Of a stretch of 64,000 bases of DNA, positions 10,955 through 20,412 are shown one piece after another. This DNA comes from Marine Group II euryarchaeote MED-G38. GTDB lineage: Archaea > Thermoplasmatota > Poseidoniia > Poseidoniales > Thalassarchaeaceae. The notes under the pieces were generated by a model. That model searched no databases, was not told the origin of the DNA, and worked only from the letters and a program-made list of their open reading frames with translations. A program made the position numbers and the translations under genes. The stretch is from positions 32,722 to 96,721 of the forward strand of contig NTJP01000001.1 in assembly GCA_002457145.1 (NCBI GenBank), in the 5' to 3' direction. Numbering within the stretch: position 1 is the first letter of the stretch; the number at the start of each line of letters is the position of its first letter.

Positions 10955-11872
10955 TTAGAGTGTTGAAATATGACATGCAATTATTTTTGTAGTGATCAAT
11001 GCAGCATTAAATTGCGTCAACCCATTTTCTCCTCCAGGTAAAATTTCATTGATATCAGAGCCTATTACCTTTGCACTATTGGTTGTAAATATCTTCTCAA
11101 TTATTTCAATTGCCGCCCAGTAAGATAGGCCACCTGGAACTGGAGTACCTGTGGAAGGAACTATTCCAGCATCAAGGCCATCAATGTCAAAAGTAAGCCA
11201 AACGTGACCTTCTATTTGTGTAATACGTTCCATTAACTTGGGCCAACCAGTATCTCTCTCTATTACGCCCAATATATCCCTAGCATGCCAGGTTTCTATC
11301 CTATCATCAGTATCAATTATTTTTGCTTCTTCTTCACTATACGCCCTTATGCCTATCTGAATAACCTTACCTACTCCTGCATCCAAACATCTTTTTATCA
11401 CAGTACCATGTGAAAATTTTTCACCATTTAGCGTATCCCTTAGATCTGCATGTGCATCAATTTGTATTATAGTAACCTGATTTAAATTTTCAACTTCTGG
11501 ATGTTCATTTAAGACTTCTATGATGGGAAGTAAAATTCCATGCTCGCCCCCTAAAACTATTGGAAATTGCTCCCCATTAATCCACGGTTTGATATATTTT
11601 TGAATTGAATCTAATTGCTTTCTCAATGTCGGCTCCTCTGATGACCATTCTTCTGCCGTATGAAAAGATAGTCCGCACGGAATTTCTGAATTCAGAAGCG
11701 GATCATACAATTCTACCTGAGAACTAACTTCAATACATGAATTAGGTCCATTGGATGTGCCTTCATTCCAACTTACTGTCATTTCAAATGGGATTGGCAA
11801 TATTACTAAATCATAGGGGCCCTTTTCTTCCTCCTCTAAACCCAAAAATCTCGGCCTCTGTAAGTCTTTCAT
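10955..11872 (-). CDS. speB: Agmatinase/arginase-family ureohydrolase
   Basis: Mn-binding motifs GGEHGI, IDAHADLRD and TFDIDGLDAG. Confidence 0.85.
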   Translation of the reverse strand: MKDLQRPRFLGLEEEEKGPYDLVILPIPFEMTVSWNEGTSNGPNSCIEVSSQVELYDPLLNSEIPCGLSFHTAEEWSSEEPTLRKQLDSIQKYIKPWINGEQFPIVLGGEHGILLPIIEVLNEHPEVENLNQVTIIQIDAHADLRDTLNGEKFSHGTVIKRCLDAGVGKVIQIGIRAYSEEEAKIIDTDDRIETWHARDILGVIERDTGWPKLMERITQIEGHVWLTFDIDGLDAGIVPSTGTPVPGGLSYWAAIEIIEKIFTTNSAKVIGSDINEILPGGENGLTQFNAALITTKIIACHISTL

Positions 11873-11994
11873 TAACTGGGCGAGAGCATCTTAAGATTAA
11901 CGGCTTCGGATTATTTTATTCTTAAAATTACACTTTAAGTGAGATGGTTGAAATAACGAAGTCCTTCGCGTATGTGATGTAAGGAGATATTGTA

Positions 11995-12417
11995 ATGGGT
12001 CTAACACTGGCACAATTAACCCAAGCAATAAGGACTAAAGTTGACATGGATATGGAAACTGTAGTTGCAGAAAATATAGCGGAACATGCATTGGGATTCT
12101 TTGGTTTCTCTAATAGAATAATCGATAACGCCTTAGAGCCAACAGATAGGAATCTTTTTTATCAACTACAAGATTATGATTTATTGACTACAGAATCTGA
12201 GGAAACTACTCTTTGGGATGGTAGAGAATGGAGAATTCATTATTGGAAATTTAAGGCTAGTGCGGAAGCCTTTGCACTTGCAGCCGCTGAGGCTGCAAAA
12301 AATCAACAGTCTTTAGTTGATGACGACCCTTATGCAGGAGTGTATGATGACGTACCAACTGAATTATGGAGAGAACGTTCCGGAATTGATGATGATTATG
12401 AAGAACCACTATTCTAA
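11995..12417 (+). CDS. Hypothetical small acidic cytoplasmic protein
   Basis: 140-aa ORF with AGGAG 6 nt upstream of the ATG. No motif I can name. Acidic C-terminus DDDYEEPLF. Confidence 0.55.
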   Translation: MGLTLAQLTQAIRTKVDMDMETVVAENIAEHALGFFGFSNRIIDNALEPTDRNLFYQLQDYDLLTTESEETTLWDGREWRIHYWKFKASAEAFALAAAEAAKNQQSLVDDDPYAGVYDDVPTELWRERSGIDDDYEEPLF

Positions 12418-12451
12418 TTAATCAAGAGCATCATACCGTTTGATTCAAAGG

Positions 12452-15400
12452 ATGATGGACTATCCATGTATTGTGAAAAGTCGTAAAGTACCTCTATTAA
12501 TTTTCATTATTCTTATTTTTAGTCTAACACCTTTGACTACCTACGGAGATGATTCAAATCCAGAAATAACATGTGAAATCGTTGCAGATTGGGGTACTAA
12601 AAATACCGGTCCAATTTCTAATATCAGTATGGAAATAATACACAGGTATGTCGTTAATTTCGATCCAGTTTATGAAAATGGAACATCTCCCGGTGGTGTT
12701 TCCGTACAAACAAATCATTTACGAGATGGATTGGATGTTTTATCACCTGAAGACACATCATCTGTTATTGCAGGAGGTGTTATTGACATAGTCATAGATT
12801 CGCAACCTCTTTTTGGCGATATTATATCTTTGACTGTCGAAACTAGTGATTCCTCATGTAATAGGGAATTATCAATAACCAATTGGAATCAACCAATTTC
12901 CGATCATGAAGTAACAAGAGAAACTATTTGGTCATTAAAAGGAGGGGAAGAATATACCAACCAATCTATTCTATTTGAAGGAAGGGGCTGGCAAAAAAGA
13001 ACTAATTCTTTATTAGAATCAAATGAACTAGGAAATGGTTCATTATTATTAGATTTATCTGATGGTTTGAGAACAACGACTCTTTCTCTTAATTTGAGTA
13101 AAGTTTGGTTAAATGAGTCTTATGATGGCTCTGAGTTAATTTCTCAAGATTTTGAAATGGTAGGAAGTGGCTCAATTATATTGACAGACGTCGAAAATGA
13201 AGATCAATTATCTATCCGTGCAGAAGTCAAAGATGCCCTGATAATCCGTTCATGGTCAGAAAAAACCTTTACTGAACGCATACGTCTTGAAGCTTCTGGA
13301 TGGCTTTCGTTCAATGGAGGTTCCAACGTAAGCTCTGAAGGAGGATTTGGTGAAATAGCATTATTCTATTATGAAACATGGGACGAAAATGGGCTTAGAC
13401 GTCTACAAGATACTCAAATAGAAGCAAATGTTTCAGTCAGAATCAGTGGTTTCGGAGAATCATTTTCATTTGAATTAGATGACTTCCTATTCAGTGAAAA
13501 GTGGGAGAATGGGATACGTGAACATCAATCAATGAAAATGTCAGGTGCGGGTAATTTTGATTTTATTGCATCAGAGTCTCCTTATATCGAAGTCAATGGT
13601 ACTATTCCAATCATCCATGTAGAATCATCAGGCGGAGAAACTGTAGCGGACACAATCATTGTAGATGGAACATATGTTGGAGATGCCGAAGGCAGTTTCG
13701 GACTCGTAAGGGATATTGTAGATTCTGATGCATATGCAAATGAAAGCGGAGAGTATTTTGAAGCAGATAAAATAAGAAATGAATTTTGGTTTAATATCTC
13801 TGCCACTCCGATAGGGCCAATAGATCAAGATTTTAATGCAGAACATAATTTAACTTACGAATATACAGTACCGCAGGAAGATTGGGATAATAGAATACTA
13901 AAATATGAGTATATAGAAGACAATGGGTCCGTTAATTATGAATATCCTTTAAATTCCCCTACAATTATTCAACCAGAGCCTCCTCAATCTAATTCAATAT
14001 TCTCTAATCCAATATCTAGAGAGACAGGGACCTGTCCTGAAATATTATCAATAGGTGATCATTTTACTCTTATTGGAAACTTGGAACTACCACTTGAGGT
14101 CAGTGTTACTGACTTAGATACAGTAGTAATAGATTCTCATACTGTTTCCATAGCACGCTGGGAAGGTAATTATATCAATTCTAATAATGCTTATGGTAGC
14201 GTTGTGAATGAGGGTTTACTTGCTGGTTTATTGCATGAGGTATCTCGAACTGTAGATTTTGGAGATACAAATAATGATAATAATGAAAGTATACAATTTC
14301 TTGAATACCAATTAATTGATAGTATCCTTTATCCTTCTATAATTACTTCTAATGAAAATACAATTCCTAGTATTGATAATTCTTTAGACTCATCGGTAAG
14401 GTTTAGAGAAGGCTTCCTATTTAACGAAGGAGGAGCAGCACATCTTGAAATCCTAGTTAATGATACTGATACGGATGTAATTTCAGTTACAGGAGATTTC
14501 TCAGCATTGGGGCTGGGGCAAATTGATTTTTCTGATTCAGGATTAGATGGTGATTTAATAATCAGAGATAGTATTTGGACCTCTGAAATAATTCACAATG
14601 ACCTACAATATGGAATTATTGAAGTTCCTATTACAATACAGGATATATGGACAACCATCACTCAGAATATTTCAATATTAGTACTAAATGAAGCTCCAAA
14701 AATGTCTTCAATCGATTTTACACCACAACAAGCCTATCGTGGTGAACAAGTATCAGTCACCATAAAAGCAAGTGATGGCCATGGAGTTGAATCCGTAGTT
14801 ATTGATTTACTTGGAAATGGAGGGGGGTTAACTTCACTTGATTTAAATGGAGAAAATTGGATTGGAGATTTTGTCCTCCCTGAAAGTTTTATTCCAGGTG
14901 GACAAGAATTAAACATACGTCTCACTGATGGTGTCGGTGAATCTCGAACAACTTCTCAGATATATTCTAACAATCAGTTTAAAGATGCTAATAAATTAAT
15001 AATCTTAAACGACTCACCTTCAATAAATAATATTACCATATTTAGAGATGGCAAAATAGTCAGCAAAGTCCTCATTCCTGAACAAGGAGATCCCATAAAA
15101 CATACTCTTGAAGTCTTAATAAATGATGTAGATGATATCTCATCAGCACAGATAAAAATAGGCAGATTAGCTCCAATAGGTAGTTCAAACACATGGTTAT
15201 TATTAGTTGATGATGGCAGTAATGATGATAGAATTGCAAATGATAATATTTTTACAATTTCTTTCGATGTTCGAAATACACTATCTGAGGGAGAATTTAA
15301 TGTTCAAATACGTGCAACTGATAATTATCTCTCTACTACCCCGCAAGATTCTCAGAATCATATTATATTTTTAGAAAAAGGTTACTCAGATGATTCTGGT

Positions 15401-15514
15401 ATTGAAAAATGGTTATCTAAAAATTTATTAACGATTGTCTCTTTTTTTATGGTCGTTTTACTGTTTATGGGCTTAGGCGGGGCATTTTACCTACTACGTA
15501 ATTCTAAATTATAA
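12452..15514 (+). CDS. Giant secreted surface glycoprotein-like protein (Ig-like repeats, C-terminal TM anchor)
   Basis: The track start at 12440 is TTG, and the first ATG at 12452 gives the signal peptide MMDYPCIVKSRKVPLLIFIILIF. I count 18 N-x-S/T sequons. C-terminal TM helix followed by RNSKL. Confidence 0.8.
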   Translation: MMDYPCIVKSRKVPLLIFIILIFSLTPLTTYGDDSNPEITCEIVADWGTKNTGPISNISMEIIHRYVVNFDPVYENGTSPGGVSVQTNHLRDGLDVLSPEDTSSVIAGGVIDIVIDSQPLFGDIISLTVETSDSSCNRELSITNWNQPISDHEVTRETIWSLKGGEEYTNQSILFEGRGWQKRTNSLLESNELGNGSLLLDLSDGLRTTTLSLNLSKVWLNESYDGSELISQDFEMVGSGSIILTDVENEDQLSIRAEVKDALIIRSWSEKTFTERIRLEASGWLSFNGGSNVSSEGGFGEIALFYYETWDENGLRRLQDTQIEANVSVRISGFGESFSFELDDFLFSEKWENGIREHQSMKMSGAGNFDFIASESPYIEVNGTIPIIHVESSGGETVADTIIVDGTYVGDAEGSFGLVRDIVDSDAYANESGEYFEADKIRNEFWFNISATPIGPIDQDFNAEHNLTYEYTVPQEDWDNRILKYEYIEDNGSVNYEYPLNSPTIIQPEPPQSNSIFSNPISRETGTCPEILSIGDHFTLIGNLELPLEVSVTDLDTVVIDSHTVSIARWEGNYINSNNAYGSVVNEGLLAGLLHEVSRTVDFGDTNNDNNESIQFLEYQLIDSILYPSIITSNENTIPSIDNSLDSSVRFREGFLFNEGGAAHLEILVNDTDTDVISVTGDFSALGLGQIDFSDSGLDGDLIIRDSIWTSEIIHNDLQYGIIEVPITIQDIWTTITQNISILVLNEAPKMSSIDFTPQQAYRGEQVSVTIKASDGHGVESVVIDLLGNGGGLTSLDLNGENWIGDFVLPESFIPGGQELNIRLTDGVGESRTTSQIYSNNQFKDANKLIILNDSPSINNITIFRDGKIVSKVLIPEQGDPIKHTLEVLINDVDDISSAQIKIGRLAPIGSSNTWLLLVDDGSNDDRIANDNIFTISFDVRNTLSEGEFNVQIRATDNYLSTTPQDSQNHIIFLEKGYSDDSGIEKWLSKNLLTIVSFFMVVLLFMGLGGAFYLLRNSKL

Positions 15515-15520
15515 CATATT

Positions 15521-15529
15521 AAAACAAAA
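15521..15529 (-). terminator. Oligo-T tract immediately 3-prime of tRNA-Gly
   Basis: The minus strand reads TTTTGTTTT directly after the encoded CCA end, which matches the oligo-T termination signals used by archaeal RNA polymerase. Confidence 0.5.
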
Positions 15530-15604
15530 TGGTACGAGTGCCGGGATTTGAACCCGGGTTCAGGCGTTGGCAACGCCCGGTGATAACCACTACACTACAC
15601 TCGT
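15530..15604 (-). tRNA. tRNA-Gly (anticodon GCC), CCA encoded
   Basis: Hand-folded cloverleaf. The 7-bp acceptor stem is ACGAGTG/CACTCGT. D arm is GTGT-AGTGGTTA-TCAC. The anticodon stem GGGCG/CGCCT carries loop TTGCCAA. T arm is CCGGG-TTCAAAT-CCCGG, followed by discriminator A and CCA. Confidence 0.85.
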
Positions 15605-15654
15605 TTAGTAGGTTGGAAACGGATTTCACTTTTCTATACGTCGGTGAGTCAATA

Positions 15655-16011
15655 TTATAATTCAGATAGAAATTTTAAAATTTTATCTCTAGTTTTTCGA
15701 TAAAAAACTATATCAAGGCCATGTGGATCATCTAATCCCCAGTCTTCTGATATGTTTAAGTTAGGACAGTTTACTCCACAACCCATACTAATAATTTTAT
15801 CGAAACCCTCTGTTTCAATATCCTCTATTGATTTGGGAAATTGATTTTCGAGAGATATTCCTAATTCTGAAACTACTTCAATCGCATATGGAGCAATTTC
15901 TCCACCCGGATGAGTTCCTGCAGATGCCGCATCATGCCCTAATTCAATTGCTATTGCTTCTGCCATCTGGCTTCTACAAGTGTTACCAACGCAAACAAAT
16001 AGAACTTTCAC
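15655..16011 (-). CDS. Low-molecular-weight phosphotyrosine phosphatase / thioredoxin-type arsenate reductase family
   Basis: CX5R(S) P-loop VLFVCVGNTCRSQMAE plus a DDP general-acid motif. The track start at 16032 is TTG. The GTG at 16011 gives the canonical (M)KVLFVC N-terminus. Confidence 0.8.
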   Translation of the reverse strand: MKVLFVCVGNTCRSQMAEAIAIELGHDAASAGTHPGGEIAPYAIEVVSELGISLENQFPKSIEDIETEGFDKIISMGCGVNCPNLNISEDWGLDDPHGLDIVFYRKTRDKILKFLSEL

Positions 16012-16063
16012 AATTAAATTGTATAGTTTCAAATTAATTAACTTAACTAAAATGTTTTATATA

Positions 16064-16072
16064 TTTTATAAA
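16064..16072 (+). promoter_or_regulatory. TATA-like box upstream of the mrp-like gene
   Basis: TTTTATAAA is centred ~32 nt upstream of the ATG at 16100, a spacing that fits a leaderless or short-leader archaeal transcript. The whole spacer is AT-rich, so assignment is weak. Confidence 0.3.
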
Positions 16073-16099
16073 TTACATATTAATTTTGTATAAATCTCT

Positions 16100-17152
16100 A
16101 TGGATATAGTTGAAGTACATCCACCACTGCCATTGAACATGGTAGATTCTCCAGTAAGCCACCACAAAGGAGCAGGTCAAGATAAACCTGGTCAAGATAA
16201 AGCTACAAATGAGCAAAAATCCAAAATGGAACAAGCTTACAGGGAGATGCAAAGAAAGATGCGTATTGCCAAATTAGGTGATGATATTAAGCATAAAATT
16301 TTAGTTCTTTCAGGAAAAGGTGGTGTCGGTAAATCTACAGTTGCTACTGGACTAGCATTATCATTAGCAAAAAAGGGAATGAAAGTAGGGTTAATGGATA
16401 TTGATATCACTGGCCCTAATATTCCAAAAATGTTAGGATTAGATGATACAGATTTAAATGTAGAAGATGGTCAAATTTTCCCTGCAAAAGGCCCTCATGG
16501 TGTCAAAGTAATCTCAATGGCATTCTTAATAGAAGATCCGGATAAGCCAGTGATATGGCGAGGTCCAATAAAATTAGGTGCAATTCAACAATTCATTGGA
16601 GATGTTGCATGGGGTAAATTAGATGCGTTAATTGTTGATTTTCCTCCAGGTACTAGTGATGAGCCTTTAACCGTAAGTCAACATCTACCAGGAATAGATG
16701 GTGTAGTAATAGTAACTACTCCTCAGGAAGTGGCTCTTTTGGATAGTCGTAAGTCAATAAACTTTGCAAAGACAATTTCTGTTCCAGTATTGGGCGTCGT
16801 GGAAAATATGAGTGGATATACTATTAGAGGAAAATCCGAACCAAATTCAAAAATTTCATTATTTGGCCCAGAAGGAATTCCAATAGATTGTATTTCAGAT
16901 GAGGAAGGTAACTGGTCCACTACTCTTGATATATTCAAAAAAGGAGGAGGGCATTCCGCAGCAGAAGAATTATCTGTACCATACTTGGGTTCCTTACCAT
17001 TTGATCCAGGAATTGTTAGGGGTGGAGATGATGGTGTCCATAGAATAATTGCCGAACCTAAAGGTGAAACAGCACAAGCTTTCGACATTATCGTAGAAAA
17101 CATTACCAATTCACTCGATGAAGACTCTACTCCATCACTCAGAATCACTTGA
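16100..17152 (+). CDS. Mrp/NBP35/ApbC-family P-loop ATPase lacking the CxxC cluster-binding motif
   Basis: Deviant Walker A LSGKGGVGKST and the ENMSG motif are present. The usual C-x2-C after ENMS is replaced by an insertion, and the protein contains a single Cys. Confidence 0.85.
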   Translation: MDIVEVHPPLPLNMVDSPVSHHKGAGQDKPGQDKATNEQKSKMEQAYREMQRKMRIAKLGDDIKHKILVLSGKGGVGKSTVATGLALSLAKKGMKVGLMDIDITGPNIPKMLGLDDTDLNVEDGQIFPAKGPHGVKVISMAFLIEDPDKPVIWRGPIKLGAIQQFIGDVAWGKLDALIVDFPPGTSDEPLTVSQHLPGIDGVVIVTTPQEVALLDSRKSINFAKTISVPVLGVVENMSGYTIRGKSEPNSKISLFGPEGIPIDCISDEEGNWSTTLDIFKKGGGHSAAEELSVPYLGSLPFDPGIVRGGDDGVHRIIAEPKGETAQAFDIIVENITNSLDEDSTPSLRIT

Positions 17153-17211
17153 TTTATTGATAATCATGGGTCGAATTGATTTCATAAAAGCCACTCCCAA
17201 GTATTACTAAC

Positions 17212-19287
17212 ATGGTTGCTGAGACGGGAATATATATCACTTGGGTAACAGGAGCAATCCTTTTGAGTGTTATTTTCATGCCAGTTTTTAAGCCTGTATT
17301 TGCTAAAATAACCATTGATGGTTTTATAGATATGTTTAGAAGATATTGGGCACATATCATAATAGTTTTTTCAGTATATATTTGGAAAGATTTATTTGAC
17401 GGTTTGGATAGATCTTTAATGGCAAATACTAGAATTGACATGACGCCATATGTTTACGCAGTTGAAGGAGATATAGTACTGTGGATACAAGATGCCCTCC
17501 GTTCGGCAATTATGGATGAAATATTGACACACTTTTATGTAATGGGATTTATGGCAGTAACTTTTTCTTCACTTATATATCCTATTTATTTCGATGACCG
17601 TTACATGGCGGATCGTGTCTGTTTGTCAATGTTTTGGGTATATATACTCGCTATTCCATTCTATTTGTTCTTCAATGTAAGAGTAACTGGTGACTATATT
17701 CCTTTGATGGAAACTATTGCATATGACCTGACTCCTGAAATACATAATTGGTTCACTAGAATCGATCCATTCACAAACGGTATGCCTAGCCTACATATTG
17801 GGTTGCCATTCGCAGTATGGCTAACCATGCAAAAATGGGATGATGATGGTAGATGGATTAAATACAGAGGTTTTTTATTGATATTTATTTCACTTACTGC
17901 AATTGCTATAATTTATCTTGGAATTCATTGGTTAGTAGACATAATAGGGGGGATGGTAATTGCAATTTTTGCTGTAAAATTGACAGAAAGAAGTCATAAA
18001 AAATTATGGGATATTTTTGATGAAAGAAGATTCTCTCATCGATTAGCTAGGGCTCTGGATGATCCAAAAAGATCTTTTAATAATACTTTACATGAAATAA
18101 TGAATATTTTTGAACCTTTCAAAGAACCTGGTAGGAAGCAAACAAGTCTTTTCATTGCTGCACTTTTAATCTCAACAGGCAGTGTTCTGCTTTGGGATGC
18201 GACCCATCAGCATTTCCCAATAGAAGGTTCAGAATGGCCTACCTCCACATCTGGTTCTGGAGGATGGCTCGTTACCATAGAAGAACTCCCTGATGAAACT
18301 ATTTCTATAGCAGCATGGAATACTACCTCTTTAAGAAATTATTCAGTATCTACTAAACCATGGAATAGTCTACCAAGTGTTACTACTTCTGATGATGGTT
18401 TTGTTTTATTCAATCAGAATAGGATTGATTTTTTCGAATTCAAAGATGATGCCCAAATATTACAACCATTGTCTCGATATTATCCTGAATACCTCATAAA
18501 TGATGTCTCTCTAGGTTCAAATTCCGAGGGAATAGTAATAGTAATATCTCATGATTATATTCTAACTTTACTAGATAAAAATGGTGAGATTATTCCTTCT
18601 CCTGCAGTAAACGGCCCATTTAAAAATATAGCCGCATCTAATAATTTAATTGCATGGTCTTCAAATTCTACTGAAGGACCTGTTGTGAATATTACTTCTA
18701 TTGACTCTCAATTAAGAACTAGTATTGAAATCAATCCTATCGACTTTTTATCTGACGTCACCTTACTGTCCGAGGACATAGTGATAGATTATTCTAATTC
18801 TTCAATTAAAGATTTGATAATGGATAAAAAATGGCTGATAGTATTGGTAGATTTGGGATATATGGATAGACTAGTCTTAGTCGATATTTTCACTGGAAAT
18901 CAAAGTATTTTGGGCGATCCTCTTTGGCAATCTTCATCTCCTAGTATCTATGAAAATAATATTGCTTTTTTGCAAATACCTACTTGGAATCCTACCATAT
19001 TGAATCAACAATCATTCGAAAATAATGATGTCTGGTTATACAATATCTCAAATAACCAATCAACACGTTTAACATATGATGATTTGAATCAATTTCAACC
19101 ACATGCTTTGGAAGATAGTATAGTTTGGACTGATGAAAAAAGCAATGGAGATTTAGAAGTTATAGTTTATCCATTGGAGGAAGTTTTCCGTCCATATTCT
19201 TCTGTATTAATACAATCAGCAATTTTGATGCTAATTCCTTTGATATTTGTTTGGGCTTCACAATCAATAAAGGAGAATTATGGTTGA
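17212..19287 (+). CDS. Membrane PAP2_3-type lipid phosphatase/phosphotransferase fused to an extracellular beta-propeller-like domain with a terminal TM helix
   Basis: N-terminal multi-TM region with MPSLHIGLPF and IHWLVDIIGG (HxxxD). The C-terminal ~370 aa has recurring NLIAWSS / NNIAFLQ / DSIVWTD repeats. A final hydrophobic helix closes the protein. Confidence 0.7.
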   Translation: MVAETGIYITWVTGAILLSVIFMPVFKPVFAKITIDGFIDMFRRYWAHIIIVFSVYIWKDLFDGLDRSLMANTRIDMTPYVYAVEGDIVLWIQDALRSAIMDEILTHFYVMGFMAVTFSSLIYPIYFDDRYMADRVCLSMFWVYILAIPFYLFFNVRVTGDYIPLMETIAYDLTPEIHNWFTRIDPFTNGMPSLHIGLPFAVWLTMQKWDDDGRWIKYRGFLLIFISLTAIAIIYLGIHWLVDIIGGMVIAIFAVKLTERSHKKLWDIFDERRFSHRLARALDDPKRSFNNTLHEIMNIFEPFKEPGRKQTSLFIAALLISTGSVLLWDATHQHFPIEGSEWPTSTSGSGGWLVTIEELPDETISIAAWNTTSLRNYSVSTKPWNSLPSVTTSDDGFVLFNQNRIDFFEFKDDAQILQPLSRYYPEYLINDVSLGSNSEGIVIVISHDYILTLLDKNGEIIPSPAVNGPFKNIAASNNLIAWSSNSTEGPVVNITSIDSQLRTSIEINPIDFLSDVTLLSEDIVIDYSNSSIKDLIMDKKWLIVLVDLGYMDRLVLVDIFTGNQSILGDPLWQSSSPSIYENNIAFLQIPTWNPTILNQQSFENNDVWLYNISNNQSTRLTYDDLNQFQPHALEDSIVWTDEKSNGDLEVIVYPLEEVFRPYSSVLIQSAILMLIPLIFVWASQSIKENYG

Positions 19288-20382
19288 TTATTCAGCCAGT
19301 CTAAACATTTCTTCGAGACTCATTCTTGCTTTATCTATGATATTTTGGTCTATTTCTATTATTTGTTCTGGGTTTGGATTTCTTAATGCTTGTAGTATAT
19401 CTTCGAGCTGTGTTTTTTTCATATGTCTGCACATTACACAAGCACCAATCAAATTCAAATCATTTTCAGATTCTGCAATTATTCTCTCAGCTGTACCACA
19501 TTCTGTTATGAGCATGATATCCTTTTTACCCTCTGCAGACAATAGTAAAGCACTTTTGATCAGAGATTCACTACTTCCAATAACATCACTTTCTTCTAAA
19601 ACATCTGAATCACATTCCGGGTGGCTTAAAACAGTTAATTCAATACCCTGTTGATTCATTCTCTCTCTCCAGGATCTTATCTTTTCTCCAGTAAAAACCG
19701 CATGTACTTCACATTCTCCGTCATAAACAATAACTTCCTTTTTCCCTTCAAGAGATTTTTGGAGATGCTTCCCCATAAATTTATCAGGTACAAAAATTAA
19801 TTTTTCTCCTGGTAGTTTCTCACATATAGTAAGATAGTTACTACTAGTGACACAGACATCACATTCAGCCTTTACTTCTGCTGTAGTGTTGATATAACAT
19901 GCAACTGGAATATTAGGATATCTTTCTTTCAAATTTCTTACATCTTGTCCAGTAATCCCATCACTCAATGAACAACCTGCATCAGGTGATGGATGCAAAA
20001 CAGTCTTATGGGGGCTAACTATCTTAGCAGTTTCAGCCATAAACCTAACACTTGAAAATAGAATTGTTTGTTGTGGAGCGTCCCTTGCAGCTTTTGATAA
20101 CGAATAACTATCTGAGACTTCATCAGCTACTCCATATATTATATCTGGAGTTTGATACGAATGAGCTATTATGAAAACGTCATTTTGATTTTTCAAATCA
20201 TTTATTTCTAATGTCAAGGGAGCTATGGTTTTACACATATCAATACTCCATCTTTCTTTTTGTTGAATTACAGTGTACAAACGTTTCGCCTCTGCATAAA
20301 TATCTGCCTCAGAATATATTTTAGAGTCAATAATACCCCTTTGTTTAGGAGGACCAGGCATCTCCATACTCATCTTCTTCAT
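19288..20382 (-). CDS. nadA: Quinolinate synthase
   Basis: IIAHSYQTPDI, ADEVSDSYSLSK and conserved Cys positions. The track start at 20409 is TTG. The first ATGs are at 20382, 20373 and 20367. Confidence 0.9.
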   Translation of the reverse strand: MKKMSMEMPGPPKQRGIIDSKIYSEADIYAEAKRLYTVIQQKERWSIDMCKTIAPLTLEINDLKNQNDVFIIAHSYQTPDIIYGVADEVSDSYSLSKAARDAPQQTILFSSVRFMAETAKIVSPHKTVLHPSPDAGCSLSDGITGQDVRNLKERYPNIPVACYINTTAEVKAECDVCVTSSNYLTICEKLPGEKLIFVPDKFMGKHLQKSLEGKKEVIVYDGECEVHAVFTGEKIRSWRERMNQQGIELTVLSHPECDSDVLEESDVIGSSESLIKSALLLSAEGKKDIMLITECGTAERIIAESENDLNLIGACVMCRHMKKTQLEDILQALRNPNPEQIIEIDQNIIDKARMSLEEMFRLAE

Positions 20383-20412
20383 AGCCTCCTTGAATGAAAC
20401 CGCTTTCAAGGT

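Noticed and set aside
15530-15604. tRNA-Gly as a possible integration site for a mobile element.
   Set aside because: I found no integrase, no recognisable duplicate of the tRNA 3-prime end, and no phage or plasmid genes on either side. The flanks hold a surface protein and a phosphatase gene.
16175-16201. 15-bp duplication GGTCAAGATAAA(n3)GGTCAAGATAAA in the mrp-like gene.
   Set aside because: It is only two copies, in frame (GQDKPGQDKA), within a low-complexity N-terminal extension. It is too small to count as a repeat feature.
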